Position numbers and translations under genes: made by a program | Origin: Candidatus Palauibacter sp. | GTDB taxonomy: Bacteria > Gemmatimonadota > Gemmatimonadetes > Palauibacterales > Palauibacteraceae | Assembly (NCBI RefSeq): GCF_965208055.1 | Contig: NZ_CBDBNY010000004.1 | Span: 389,706-453,705 of the forward strand | Length of the DNA: 64,000 nt | Reading direction: 5' to 3' | The notes under the pieces: model-generated | What the model saw: the letters and a program-made list of their open reading frames with translations, nothing else | What the model was told of the DNA's origin: nothing | Databases searched by the model: none | Part shown: positions 54,242 to 62,579 of the stretch, one piece after another | How positions within the stretch are numbered: the first letter of the stretch is position 1 | How the letters are laid out: every line of letters begins with the position of its first letter

Positions 54242-55414
54242 TCAGCCGCAGTAGTCGGCCGCCGCCTCGGCGAGGATTTCGGCCAGCCTCGCGCACGACT
54301 CGATGTCCACCCACTCCACGTCGGCGTGCGCGCCCGCGCCATGCGGGCCGATGACGACGCTGTCGACGCCGGCGGCCTGTGTCAGTGCGGAGTCCATCCA
54401 GGGGGAGTCACCGATGACCTCCGGGGCGCGGCCCCGCACGCGGCGGGCGGCGCGCGATACGCAGGCCGCGATCGGCGCCTCCGACGTGGTCTCGAAGGGC
54501 TCGCGGTGGAAGAAGGTCGACCAGGCGACCTCGAGCGACGGGTCCTCCGCCCGGAGATCCTCGAGCATGGCTGCGATCTCCTCTTCGACGGACTCGCGGG
54601 TCTCGGGCGGCACGGTGCGCCGCTCGACTTGAAGCGTACAGCGCGCGGAGTAGGTGCTGATCCCGCTTCCGCCCTCCAGCAGCGCCGCGTGCATCGAGGG
54701 GGGACCGAGGAGGGGGTGCCCCGGCCGGGACTGGAGTTCCTCGCCCAGCGCCTCCAGCCGGTGCAGCACGCGTCCCATGCGCAGGTTCGCGTCGACCCCC
54801 TCCCGGTACCGGCTCCCGTGGGCCGCCTGCCCGCGAGTTGTGATCTCGATCCACGTGAAGCCGCGGTGGGCCACGCACAGGTCCAGTGAGGTGGGCTCGG
54901 TGACGATCGCGGCGTTGAAGGCGAGTTCCCCGCGCGCGCGCCGGTCGAGCAGATCCGCGGTGCCCAGGCTTGCGTATTCCTCGTCGGCCACCGCGGCCAC
55001 GAGGACATCCCCGGCCAGACGCGTGCCCGATCGGCCGACGAGCCGGGCGGCCTCGATGCAGGCGGCGAGCGCCCCCTTCATGTCGTAGGCCCCCCGTCCG
55101 TAGAGCCGCCCGTCCCGGATGCTCGGCGAAAACGGCGCTTCCATGCCCTCCACGCCCACCGTGTCGTAGTGGGCGTTCAGCATCAGCGCCGGCCCGTCCC
55201 CGGCGCCCGCGAGGCGCCCGACGACGCTCGGCCGGCCCGCCTCGGGCTCATACCGGGCCACTTCGAGACCCGCCTCGCGCATGTGCCGCGATGTCAGGCG
55301 GGCAATCTCCGTTTCACCCGGCGCCCCTTCCACGAGGGTCGGGTTCACGGAGTCGATGGCGACGAGGTCCGCGAGGGTGGTCGTGAGGCGCAGAGGATCG
55401 GCGGAGAAGCTCAT
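54242..55414 (-). CDS. M20-family metallopeptidase (ArgE/DapE-like deacylase)
   Basis: Motifs seen are LMLNAHYDTV, GRGAYDMKG and ADEEY. Confidence 0.85.
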   Translation of the reverse strand: MSFSADPLRLTTTLADLVAIDSVNPTLVEGAPGETEIARLTSRHMREAGLEVARYEPEAGRPSVVGRLAGAGDGPALMLNAHYDTVGVEGMEAPFSPSIRDGRLYGRGAYDMKGALAACIEAARLVGRSGTRLAGDVLVAAVADEEYASLGTADLLDRRARGELAFNAAIVTEPTSLDLCVAHRGFTWIEITTRGQAAHGSRYREGVDANLRMGRVLHRLEALGEELQSRPGHPLLGPPSMHAALLEGGSGISTYSARCTLQVERRTVPPETRESVEEEIAAMLEDLRAEDPSLEVAWSTFFHREPFETTSEAPIAACVSRAARRVRGRAPEVIGDSPWMDSALTQAAGVDSVVIGPHGAGAHADVEWVDIESCARLAEILAEAAADYCG

Positions 55415-55476
55415 CCCGGAAAATGTCCTGCCGAGAACTCAGGACAAGTGCCGGGACACGTGCATCGCGCCTCGCC

Positions 55477-55761
55477 TCAGGGGCTCGGGAGGCGCTTGAT
55501 CTCCCTTCGGCCCGCCGCCACGCCGGTACCGACCCCGATCCCGAACAGAACGGCCGTCAGGGGAGTGACGAATGGCAGGATCGCGGCCAGCAATCCAACG
55601 CCCAAGCCCGCGACTCCGGCCACGAGCGGGACACCGCGCCGGTGAACACCGTCCACGAAGCGCAGCCGTCCGCGCACGAACCTCTTCATCGTTATGTAGC
55701 CGCCGACCGAGCCGGCGCCGGCGATGGCGAGCCAGAGAAAATTCCCGATGAACTCGAACAT
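55477..55761 (-). CDS. Small membrane protein (three TM segments), function unknown
   Basis: ATG follows GGGAGGTG. The 94-aa product is hydrophobic. Confidence 0.6.
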   Translation of the reverse strand: MFEFIGNFLWLAIAGAGSVGGYITMKRFVRGRLRFVDGVHRRGVPLVAGVAGLGVGLLAAILPFVTPLTAVLFGIGVGTGVAAGRREIKRLPSP

Positions 55762-55880
55762 GTAAGCACCTCCCGCACAGCCTGTACGCCCTCTATCCCG
55801 GGGCGGTTTCAGCAGCCTGACCGCCTTGTACTATGTTGCCGACGTTCGAACCCAGCCACGGAGATGGAGATGAACGCGAG

Positions 55881-56303
55881 ATGAACACGGACGGAATCCA
55901 GGTCCGGTGGGACGGCGGGCTCAAGTTCAGCGCCGACCGAGCCGACCACGAGACGCGAATCGACGGAGACGAGGGCATCGCCCCCAGCCCGGTCGCCCTG
56001 ATGGTGGAGTCCGTCGCCGCCTGTGCCGCGATCGACGTGGTCGTCATCCTGCAGAAGGGGCGCCAGGAACTCACCGGGCTCTCGGTGCGGGCGAGGGCGC
56101 GGAGGGCGGAGGCCGCGCCGCGCTACGTGAAGGGTCTCCGGTTCGATTTTCATATTTCCGGCAACGTGGACGAAGCCAAGGCTCGGCGGGCCGTCATGCT
56201 CTCGTTCGAACGCTACTGCTCCGTGTACCATTCGCTCCGGCAGGACATGGAACTCGAATGGACGCTGACCCTCGACGACGAGTCCGCGGGCGGGCAGGAC
56301 TGA
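55881..56303 (+). CDS. OsmC-family peroxiredoxin-like protein
   Basis: PSPVALMVESVAACAAIDVV and ERYCSVYHSL are the two conserved Cys contexts. An alternative start is at 55833. Confidence 0.8.
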   Translation: MNTDGIQVRWDGGLKFSADRADHETRIDGDEGIAPSPVALMVESVAACAAIDVVVILQKGRQELTGLSVRARARRAEAAPRYVKGLRFDFHISGNVDEAKARRAVMLSFERYCSVYHSLRQDMELEWTLTLDDESAGGQD

Positions 56304-57137
56304 CTATTGGAAGGGGTCGGGAAGTTCCCCGGCCCAGTCCAGGAAGCCCGGGCCGTCCGGCGTCCAGACCACGATCGCGCCGCAGGTCGAGCCCGTGCGC
56401 ATGAACTCCATCGGCGTCTCGACGTCCCGCCTGTAGACTTCGACCGCGCCGAGAACGTCCCTCTCGAGATCGTCGAACTGCATCCCCGCCTGGTACATCC
56501 CGTCCAGGTAGAGCGCCGGCGGACACTGGAGCCGAGCGCCTTCGCCGAGGAAGACCTCCGCTCTCCCGTACTCGATGCGGCCCACGGACACGTTCGGCAG
56601 GCCGCGCAGGAGGTCGCTGGGAAGACGCGGGTTCCGGTTGATGATGTCCCGCGGAGTGAAGAAGGTCCCGAACCCCTTATCCATGCGCTGCACGAAGCCG
56701 GCCAGGTTCCGCGCGCGCCGGGTCTGCCGCACCTCGACCGTGAGATCCGCAATGCGAATGACCGTGCGCGACAGGGTGAGCGTGACGCGCGTCGTCTGGT
56801 CCGGCGCGAGGTCGATGAGCGTGTGGCCGGCCTCATAGCCGATGAACCGCACCTCGATCGAGTCCCTGCCGGCCCACGTCCGAGGGATGCGGAAATTGCC
56901 CTCGGCGTCCGTGGTCGCCCCGTAGCCGGATCCCATGAGGATGACGACGGCGCCTTCGATCGGGAGTCCGGTCGAAGCGCTGGCGACATGGCCTACCAGT
57001 TCCGCCGTGCGGCGGTCCTCCGTCTCCTGCTCCTCCTGCGCCAGAGTCGAACCCGGCGAACCCGCCAGCACGGCTCCCGCGACGAGGGTCAGCGCCGCCA
57101 AGCGGGCGCATCGACTTCCCGACTCCAATGCACTCAT
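56304..57137 (-). CDS. Secreted CarboxypepD_reg-like plus Plug-like protein without a barrel (paralogue of 43535-44623)
   Basis: ELVGHVASASTGLPIEGAVVIL...DAEGNFRI is CarboxypepD_reg-like. The C-terminus is LGAVEVYRRDVETPMEF...GAIVVWT. Confidence 0.7.
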   Translation of the reverse strand: MSALESGSRCARLAALTLVAGAVLAGSPGSTLAQEEQETEDRRTAELVGHVASASTGLPIEGAVVILMGSGYGATTDAEGNFRIPRTWAGRDSIEVRFIGYEAGHTLIDLAPDQTTRVTLTLSRTVIRIADLTVEVRQTRRARNLAGFVQRMDKGFGTFFTPRDIINRNPRLPSDLLRGLPNVSVGRIEYGRAEVFLGEGARLQCPPALYLDGMYQAGMQFDDLERDVLGAVEVYRRDVETPMEFMRTGSTCGAIVVWTPDGPGFLDWAGELPDPFQ

Positions 57138-57203
57138 GTGGCCCCCTGGTCGAATCCGGCTCTCCCCTTGGTTAACGCTTTCCATCGTTCGAAAGATACG
57201 GCT

Positions 57204-57755
57204 TCATCGCCTCGTCATCGACAGGACGGTCGGGTCCCCGCCTCCGCTGCCATGAATGGTGACGAGCAATTCGTCGCCTGCGGGGCTTTCATACGTGAAC
57301 CACCAGGGCGCGTTCGGCGGCGGCGCCTCCGCTGTGCTTCGGAAGGTGGCCTGCCGGCCTTCCAGGGCCGTGAGACGGTATTCGAGTCGCGTCTCCTCCC
57401 AGGGCACCCACCCTCGCGAGACGTGCTTGAACCGGTAGTAGATCTCGCCATCGTCGTCCTGCTCGAGGAGCAGAAGTTCGTACATGACCGCGAGGTCATC
57501 GCGGACGAGGCGGAAGGAGCCGGACATCGAACGCCCCGCGGGGCTGAACCACGCCTCTTCGATCTGTCCACCGAAGGCGTCCCCGCCCCAGTGACCGGCG
57601 ATCCATGCCAGGTCCTCGAGGTCGATGGCCCGCGTGGGCGCGGCCGGCGCCGCCCGGCCCGCCGGATCCGCGTCCTGACCCATCGCCCCCCCGGCGCCCG
57701 CCAGGTGGGCGATGACGGAAAGCGCGATGGCGACCGCGGCCGCGTGGCGGCGCAT
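57204..57755 (-). CDS. DUF6265-like secreted protein
   Basis: A signal peptide is present. Motifs seen are LAWIAGHWGG...IEEAWFSPAGRSMSGSFRLV and MYELLLLEQDDDGEIYYRFKH. Confidence 0.65.
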   Translation of the reverse strand: MRRHAAAVAIALSVIAHLAGAGGAMGQDADPAGRAAPAAPTRAIDLEDLAWIAGHWGGDAFGGQIEEAWFSPAGRSMSGSFRLVRDDLAVMYELLLLEQDDDGEIYYRFKHVSRGWVPWEETRLEYRLTALEGRQATFRSTAEAPPPNAPWWFTYESPAGDELLVTIHGSGGGDPTVLSMTRR

Positions 57756-57810
57756 GGCCGGCGCCCGGGAGGTTTGAGAAACCGCGGATCGCGCCGCATC
57801 TTCGCAGGCC

Positions 57811-58182
57811 ATGAAACACGCCATGAAAGCGGTTCTGAAGGTCCTCGTCTCGATCATCGTTTGCCTCCTCGCCGGCCTTGCGGGGCTGGCGCTCGTGTTC
57901 AGAGACCTGCCTGTCGGGCCCGGTCCCGGGCTCATCGCCCTCGGCGGTCTCCTGTACTTCTCCGCGGGCTTCGGCCTCACGCGGTGGCACCGCGGCGCGC
58001 GTCCCCTCCTCTGGGGCCTGGCGCCGGGCTGGAGTCTCGCCCTGCTGGGCGTCATCGGCATCTGGGTGACGGTGACGGATCCTCCGTCCGGCCACTGGGG
58101 CCTGGCGCTTCTCTTCCTGCTCGGCCCGGCCGCCGCGGGCTCGGCGGGCGCCGTGCTCGCCGCGAGGATTCCCAGGGGCTGA
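57811..58182 (+). CDS. Membrane protein (about four TM segments), function unknown
   Basis: The 123-aa ORF is hydrophobic with strong GC3 bias. There is no clear RBS. Confidence 0.5.
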   Translation: MKHAMKAVLKVLVSIIVCLLAGLAGLALVFRDLPVGPGPGLIALGGLLYFSAGFGLTRWHRGARPLLWGLAPGWSLALLGVIGIWVTVTDPPSGHWGLALLFLLGPAAAGSAGAVLAARIPRG

Positions 58183-58300
58183 ACACCGCTTACGGCCCTA
58201 ACCGCCGCCGTCACGATCGTCAGTCGGGTCGGGATCCGATCCTGCCCGGTCTCATGGCCGTCAGCACCCGAAACGGCTCGAGTGCGTCCCTGTCGCATCG

Positions 58301-60583
58301 TTACATCAAGCCGTCGGAGTATAGGTGGAGCCGCCAGAGGCTGCCGCCGCGGACGGCGCGTGCGATGTCGATGCGAAACAGCCCGTCCATGAGCGACACG
58401 CCGACCCCCACGCTCGACCGCCAGCCCTCGGTACCGAAGGCGTCCACCGGTCCCGCCCAGCCCGCGTCCCAGAACCCCGTGATTCGGATCGGGCTGCCCC
58501 CGACGTCGTACGCCGGATCGCCGATCCGGAATCCGCGCCCCAGTTCGAGCCGGCCGAACCAGAAGCTCGCGCCTCCGGTCGACACCGGATCGAAGGCACG
58601 CAACGTGTACGATCCGCCGAGGTGGAAGTGGCGCTGCGGAGGCGGTTCCCCGAACACCCTCCCGACCCCGCCCTCCAACGCCAGGGACCACCGGCTCACG
58701 GGGACTTGCAGCGCCGCCGAGACCGCGGCGCGCCCGTAGAGATCGAAGTCGCCCGCGGCGGCCTCCCCCCAAACGGACCCGCTCAGGACCGGCGTGCCCG
58801 GATCCACCGACGAAAAGGCGCGCAGGCGACCCGAGATGCCGGCGATGTCACCGCGCGCGGCCGCGATGTTGTCGGAGAAAACCGCGTCGCCGAAGAGGTT
58901 CGGGAGCGAGGCATCGCTCTGCTTCGGTGCGTTCTGGTGGCGCTCCGCGAAGAGCGCGCCTTCCACCCGGGTCCGCCTCCCCTGGCGGCTCGCCGCGATC
59001 TCGAAGCCGGTCTCACGGAAGTAGAGGCCTTCGTCATACCCCGCGATCAGGCTGTTGAAGGAGTTGCCGAAGGAGAGCGGGCGGCCCCAGTCCCCGAGGT
59101 CCGCGAGGCGCCGGTAGGCCGTGACCCCGAAACCGCCTCTGGCCGTCTGGCGCCGCCACCCGACCTCGATGCCCGGCTCCCACTCCGGGATGCCGACCCG
59201 CGGCGTGACCGAGAACTCCGATGTGACCCCCGTGGGCACGGCGAACCGGGCGCTGACCGAGACCCCTTCGACCCGATTGTAACGGAGCCGGCGCAGGCCC
59301 GGAGCGATGTCCAGTCGGGGACCCAGGCCCGCTGCGGCGGGGATGCGCAACGAGGACAGCCGATCCTTCAGGTCGTCGAGTTCCGCGGCCGCGAAGGCGT
59401 CGACCGTGGCGGAGAAGAGCGGTTCGGGCAGCTCCGGAGATGAGGGGAGCTCCTCGACGGGCGGCACGATCACCATGATGCGGCGAGCTTCGGCGGGGAG
59501 CGAGTCCGCCTCCGCCGTCAGCGGGTCGTCGCGGATGCCCTCGGTCCCACCCTCCTCTGCCTCGCTCGCCTCGGTCCCACCCTCCTCGGTGTCGACCGTC
59601 TCGTCGACCCACCGCGTCCAGCCGTCCGGCACGTCCTCTCCGGGATCGAGCGTTGGTTCCCGATCCACCAGGTAGTCCTCGAATGTCCATTCATAGCGCA
59701 CGGGCATGCTCGCGAGGTCCGCCATCGAGGCGACCGCATCGAAGGCCATGCGATTGGGGAGCCACCAGCGCAGTTCCTGGAGTCCGTAGTCGATCGTGAT
59801 GAAGTCGACCCTCGCGCGGATCGGCTTCACGAACCCGGGCACTTCGTCCGCATCCTCCGGTTCTTCGCGTTCGAAGTCGTATTCGATCGCGGGACGGTAG
59901 GCGGCGCGCGTGAGGACGCCTTCGTCGGCGTCGAACCAGAACGAGCCCGCGATGCGGTCGAAACGGGCCTCCCGCGGCTCGACGATCGCCTCGATCAGCG
60001 TCACTTCCCGGTTGTCCCCCGGGAAGCGAATGCGCAGCGTATCGCCGGAGCGGTAGCGGTAGTGATACGCTGCGGTATCCGCCAGAGGGTGCAGGGCCCA
60101 GTCCTCGCCGATCGCCACATGCTCGCTGGCCGGATCGATGATGTCGAAGTCGAAGTCGAACGCATCGTCGTCGCGCAGGTCGTCTTCGAACTCGACTCCC
60201 AGGCCGACGATGGGCACCCCGCGGCGGACTCCCAGCCAGCGGACGATGTGTTCGCCCTCCGCGGTCCAGCGCAGGCGCGCGGCGCGTTCCTGGTGGAACA
60301 TCGCCCGCTCGCGTCGCAGGACGGCGCCGCCCAGTCCGGCGTAGATGCGTTCGCGGAAGGTGGCCTCGAAGCTCGTCAGCCCCTCGGCCCGAGCCCTGCG
60401 CTGCTCCAGGGCGCGCTCGATCAGCCCCGCGATCCCGTCATCCGCGTAGGCGTCGGCCGGAATCGGCCGCGAGACGGCGTCGGGCGGATCCTGGAGGGCG
60501 CGCGCGTCGAATGCGGCGCCCGCGACGGCGCCCATGCACACCGCCAGCATGAGGGCGCGCGCGGCAGCAAGCGTTCGGTCCAA
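58301..60583 (-). CDS. Outer-membrane protein with an Omp85/BamA-type (surface antigen D15) C-terminal barrel
   Basis: C-terminal motifs are HLGGSYTLRAFD, ITGFWDAGWAG and VGVGVSLMDGLFRIDIA. The start is uncertain. TTG 60583, 5 nt after GGAGAG, gives a plausible signal peptide. Confidence 0.6.
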   Translation of the reverse strand: MDRTLAAARALMLAVCMGAVAGAAFDARALQDPPDAVSRPIPADAYADDGIAGLIERALEQRRARAEGLTSFEATFRERIYAGLGGAVLRRERAMFHQERAARLRWTAEGEHIVRWLGVRRGVPIVGLGVEFEDDLRDDDAFDFDFDIIDPASEHVAIGEDWALHPLADTAAYHYRYRSGDTLRIRFPGDNREVTLIEAIVEPREARFDRIAGSFWFDADEGVLTRAAYRPAIEYDFEREEPEDADEVPGFVKPIRARVDFITIDYGLQELRWWLPNRMAFDAVASMADLASMPVRYEWTFEDYLVDREPTLDPGEDVPDGWTRWVDETVDTEEGGTEASEAEEGGTEGIRDDPLTAEADSLPAEARRIMVIVPPVEELPSSPELPEPLFSATVDAFAAAELDDLKDRLSSLRIPAAAGLGPRLDIAPGLRRLRYNRVEGVSVSARFAVPTGVTSEFSVTPRVGIPEWEPGIEVGWRRQTARGGFGVTAYRRLADLGDWGRPLSFGNSFNSLIAGYDEGLYFRETGFEIAASRQGRRTRVEGALFAERHQNAPKQSDASLPNLFGDAVFSDNIAAARGDIAGISGRLRAFSSVDPGTPVLSGSVWGEAAAGDFDLYGRAAVSAALQVPVSRWSLALEGGVGRVFGEPPPQRHFHLGGSYTLRAFDPVSTGGASFWFGRLELGRGFRIGDPAYDVGGSPIRITGFWDAGWAGPVDAFGTEGWRSSVGVGVSLMDGLFRIDIARAVRGGSLWRLHLYSDGLM

Positions 60584-60749
60584 AAGTACTCTCCGGTCTG
60601 GAGCTGGCTCCCCGCCGTCGACGCGCGGGGCCTGCAGCGGATGGCGAGACGCGGCCGCCCGGGCGGGCGATACATCCCGACGGGAGCCGCTACGTCTATC
60701 TTTGGGTAGACGTTTCAACCTTTGCCCGCGTCACCCGGGAGGAAAGCGA

Positions 60750-61388
60750 GTGGGGCTGTACTCCGAACACATCTTCCCGCGCCTCATGGAGAGCGGGCTC
60801 GGGAGCGACGTGCATCGCAGGTACCGGCGCCGGGTGCTCTCCCGCGCACGGGGGAACGTACTCGAGGTCGGCTTCGGCACCGGCCTCAATCTCGAATGCT
60901 ACCCGACATCGGTTCACCGCGTCACCGGAATCGACCCCGCAGCCGTGCTCGAACGCCGCGTGCGCGCTCGCGTCGCTCGGGCCCCCTTCCGCGTCGAGCG
61001 CATGATCCACGATGCCGCCGACCGACTCCCTTTTCCGGACGCGCATTTCGACACGGCGACGAGCACCTGGACGCTGTGTTCGATCGCACGGGTCCGGGAG
61101 GCCCTCCTGGAACTGAGGCGTGTGCTGAAGCCTTCAGGCGAACTCCTCTTCCTCGAGCACGGACGGAACGAGAAAGGCTGGGTTTCGCGCCTGCAGGACA
61201 CCTGGAACCCGGTCCAGAACTTCGTGGCCTGCGGCTGCAACGTTAACCGGAAGATCGACGCCGAGATCGAGCGCGGCGGATTCCGGATCATCGAACTCGA
61301 CCGCTTCACGATGCCCGGGGTGCCCCGGGTGCTGGGCTCCGTCTACCTTGGCGTGGCCAGGCCGCACGGCGGTAGACGACTCGCGTGA
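60750..61388 (+). CDS. Class I SAM-dependent methyltransferase (Methyltransf_11-like)
   Basis: GTG follows GGGAGGAAA. Motifs seen are VLEVGFGTGLNL and LKPSGELLFLEHG. Confidence 0.8.
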   Translation: MGLYSEHIFPRLMESGLGSDVHRRYRRRVLSRARGNVLEVGFGTGLNLECYPTSVHRVTGIDPAAVLERRVRARVARAPFRVERMIHDAADRLPFPDAHFDTATSTWTLCSIARVREALLELRRVLKPSGELLFLEHGRNEKGWVSRLQDTWNPVQNFVACGCNVNRKIDAEIERGGFRIIELDRFTMPGVPRVLGSVYLGVARPHGGRRLA

Positions 61389-61533
61389 GGCTCGCGGCGC
61401 CGGCCGGGCCTGCCCGCCGGCCGCCGGACGTTTGCGCGGCGGCTGACTTGGCCACAGAGTAGCGTCCGCCGCAACCGACGATGACGCCCGGCGCCCGGCG
61501 CGCCGGCGATCCCCATAACAGGCGTCCCGATAC

Positions 61534-62307
61534 ATGGCACGAGGTCGCAAGGCAAAGGACAGCAAGGAAGAGGCGGACGAAGCCGCGGAAGGCAAGCGGG
61601 AACGTTCCCCATCTCCACCGGCGTTCAGCGCCGCGTGGTTCCGCGACTGGATGCGTACTCTTGCGGTCGCGGCCCTCATCTTCGTTTTCTTCCGGACGTT
61701 TCTACTCGCGACGTTCGTAATCACTTCGGGGTCGATGGAGGGGACCCTCCTCGTCGGCGATTTCCTGCTCGTGAACAAGACGTCGCTCGGCGCGCCGATC
61801 CCGTTTACGAACGCCCGCTTGCCGGGATACGCCGAGCCGGAGTACCGGGACATCATCGTGTTCAGGGCGGACCATTCTCCGGGGCTGGATATCGTCAAGC
61901 GTACGGTGGGACTGCCCGGCGACACGCTCCGAATGGAGAGAGGCGTTCTCTACCGGAACGGCGTCGCGGTCGACGAACCCTACATCCGCCGGAATCCGCG
62001 ACAGCTGGATGAGGGGGATCCCCGGATGCGGTGGCAACTGGATCACCTGATCCCGGACCCGGAGCGAGGCGAGTACAAACCCACGCGGGACAACTGGGGG
62101 CCGCTCGTGGTTCCGCCGGAACGCTACTTCATGTTGGGGGACAACCGGGACCAGAGTCTCGATTCGCGGTTCTGGGGCTTCGTCGAGCGCGGGAAGATGC
62201 GGGGCAGACCCTTCTTCATCTACTTCTCGTATGACCGGAAGGCGCTGCGGCCGCTGCCGGCCCTCACGGCGATGAGGCCGGGAAGGATCGGACCCTCGCC
62301 GGACTAG
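61534..62307 (+). CDS. lepB: Signal peptidase I
   Basis: Motifs seen are SGSMEGTL (catalytic Ser), VKRTVGLPGD (Lys) and GDNRDQSLDSRFWG. Confidence 0.9.
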   Translation: MARGRKAKDSKEEADEAAEGKRERSPSPPAFSAAWFRDWMRTLAVAALIFVFFRTFLLATFVITSGSMEGTLLVGDFLLVNKTSLGAPIPFTNARLPGYAEPEYRDIIVFRADHSPGLDIVKRTVGLPGDTLRMERGVLYRNGVAVDEPYIRRNPRQLDEGDPRMRWQLDHLIPDPERGEYKPTRDNWGPLVVPPERYFMLGDNRDQSLDSRFWGFVERGKMRGRPFFIYFSYDRKALRPLPALTAMRPGRIGPSPD

Positions 62308-62353
62308 CGTGGTGTCGCGGAGATCCGCGAGTCACCGAGGGTGACGTCCGCCG

Positions 62354-62416
62354 TCAGAGCTTCTTGAGCAGCTTCCGAATGACGATCACGGCGACGGCGA
62401 TGGCGATCTTTTTCAT
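62354..62416 (-). CDS. Candidate 20-aa hydrophobic/cationic peptide (MKKIAIAVAVIVIRKLLKKL)
   Basis: ATG lies 6 nt after AGAGGAAA. Codon choice matches the genome bias. It lies between lepB and the RND adaptor gene on the opposite strand. The longer 61-aa ORF in the track has a junk-like N-terminus. Confidence 0.3.
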   Translation of the reverse strand: MKKIAIAVAVIVIRKLLKKL

Positions 62417-62579
62417 GAGGTTTCCTCTTCCGCGCATGGCATACGCTGCAAGGTGGCGCGTCCACGCTCTGCCGAACAGTACGGGCCGCTCCCGGGTCGA
62501 GGTTTCGGGCGCTCTGGCCTGCGGCCGAGCGCCGGGCAACGTTCAACGGGTGGAACAGGTTTGCGGTCCAGGAGGTGTC

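Noticed and set aside
61389-61533. A GC-rich hairpin (CCGGCCGG...CCGGCCG) after the methyltransferase gene, considered as a rho-independent terminator.
   Set aside because: No U-tract follows it. Such GC palindromes are frequent by chance in this DNA.
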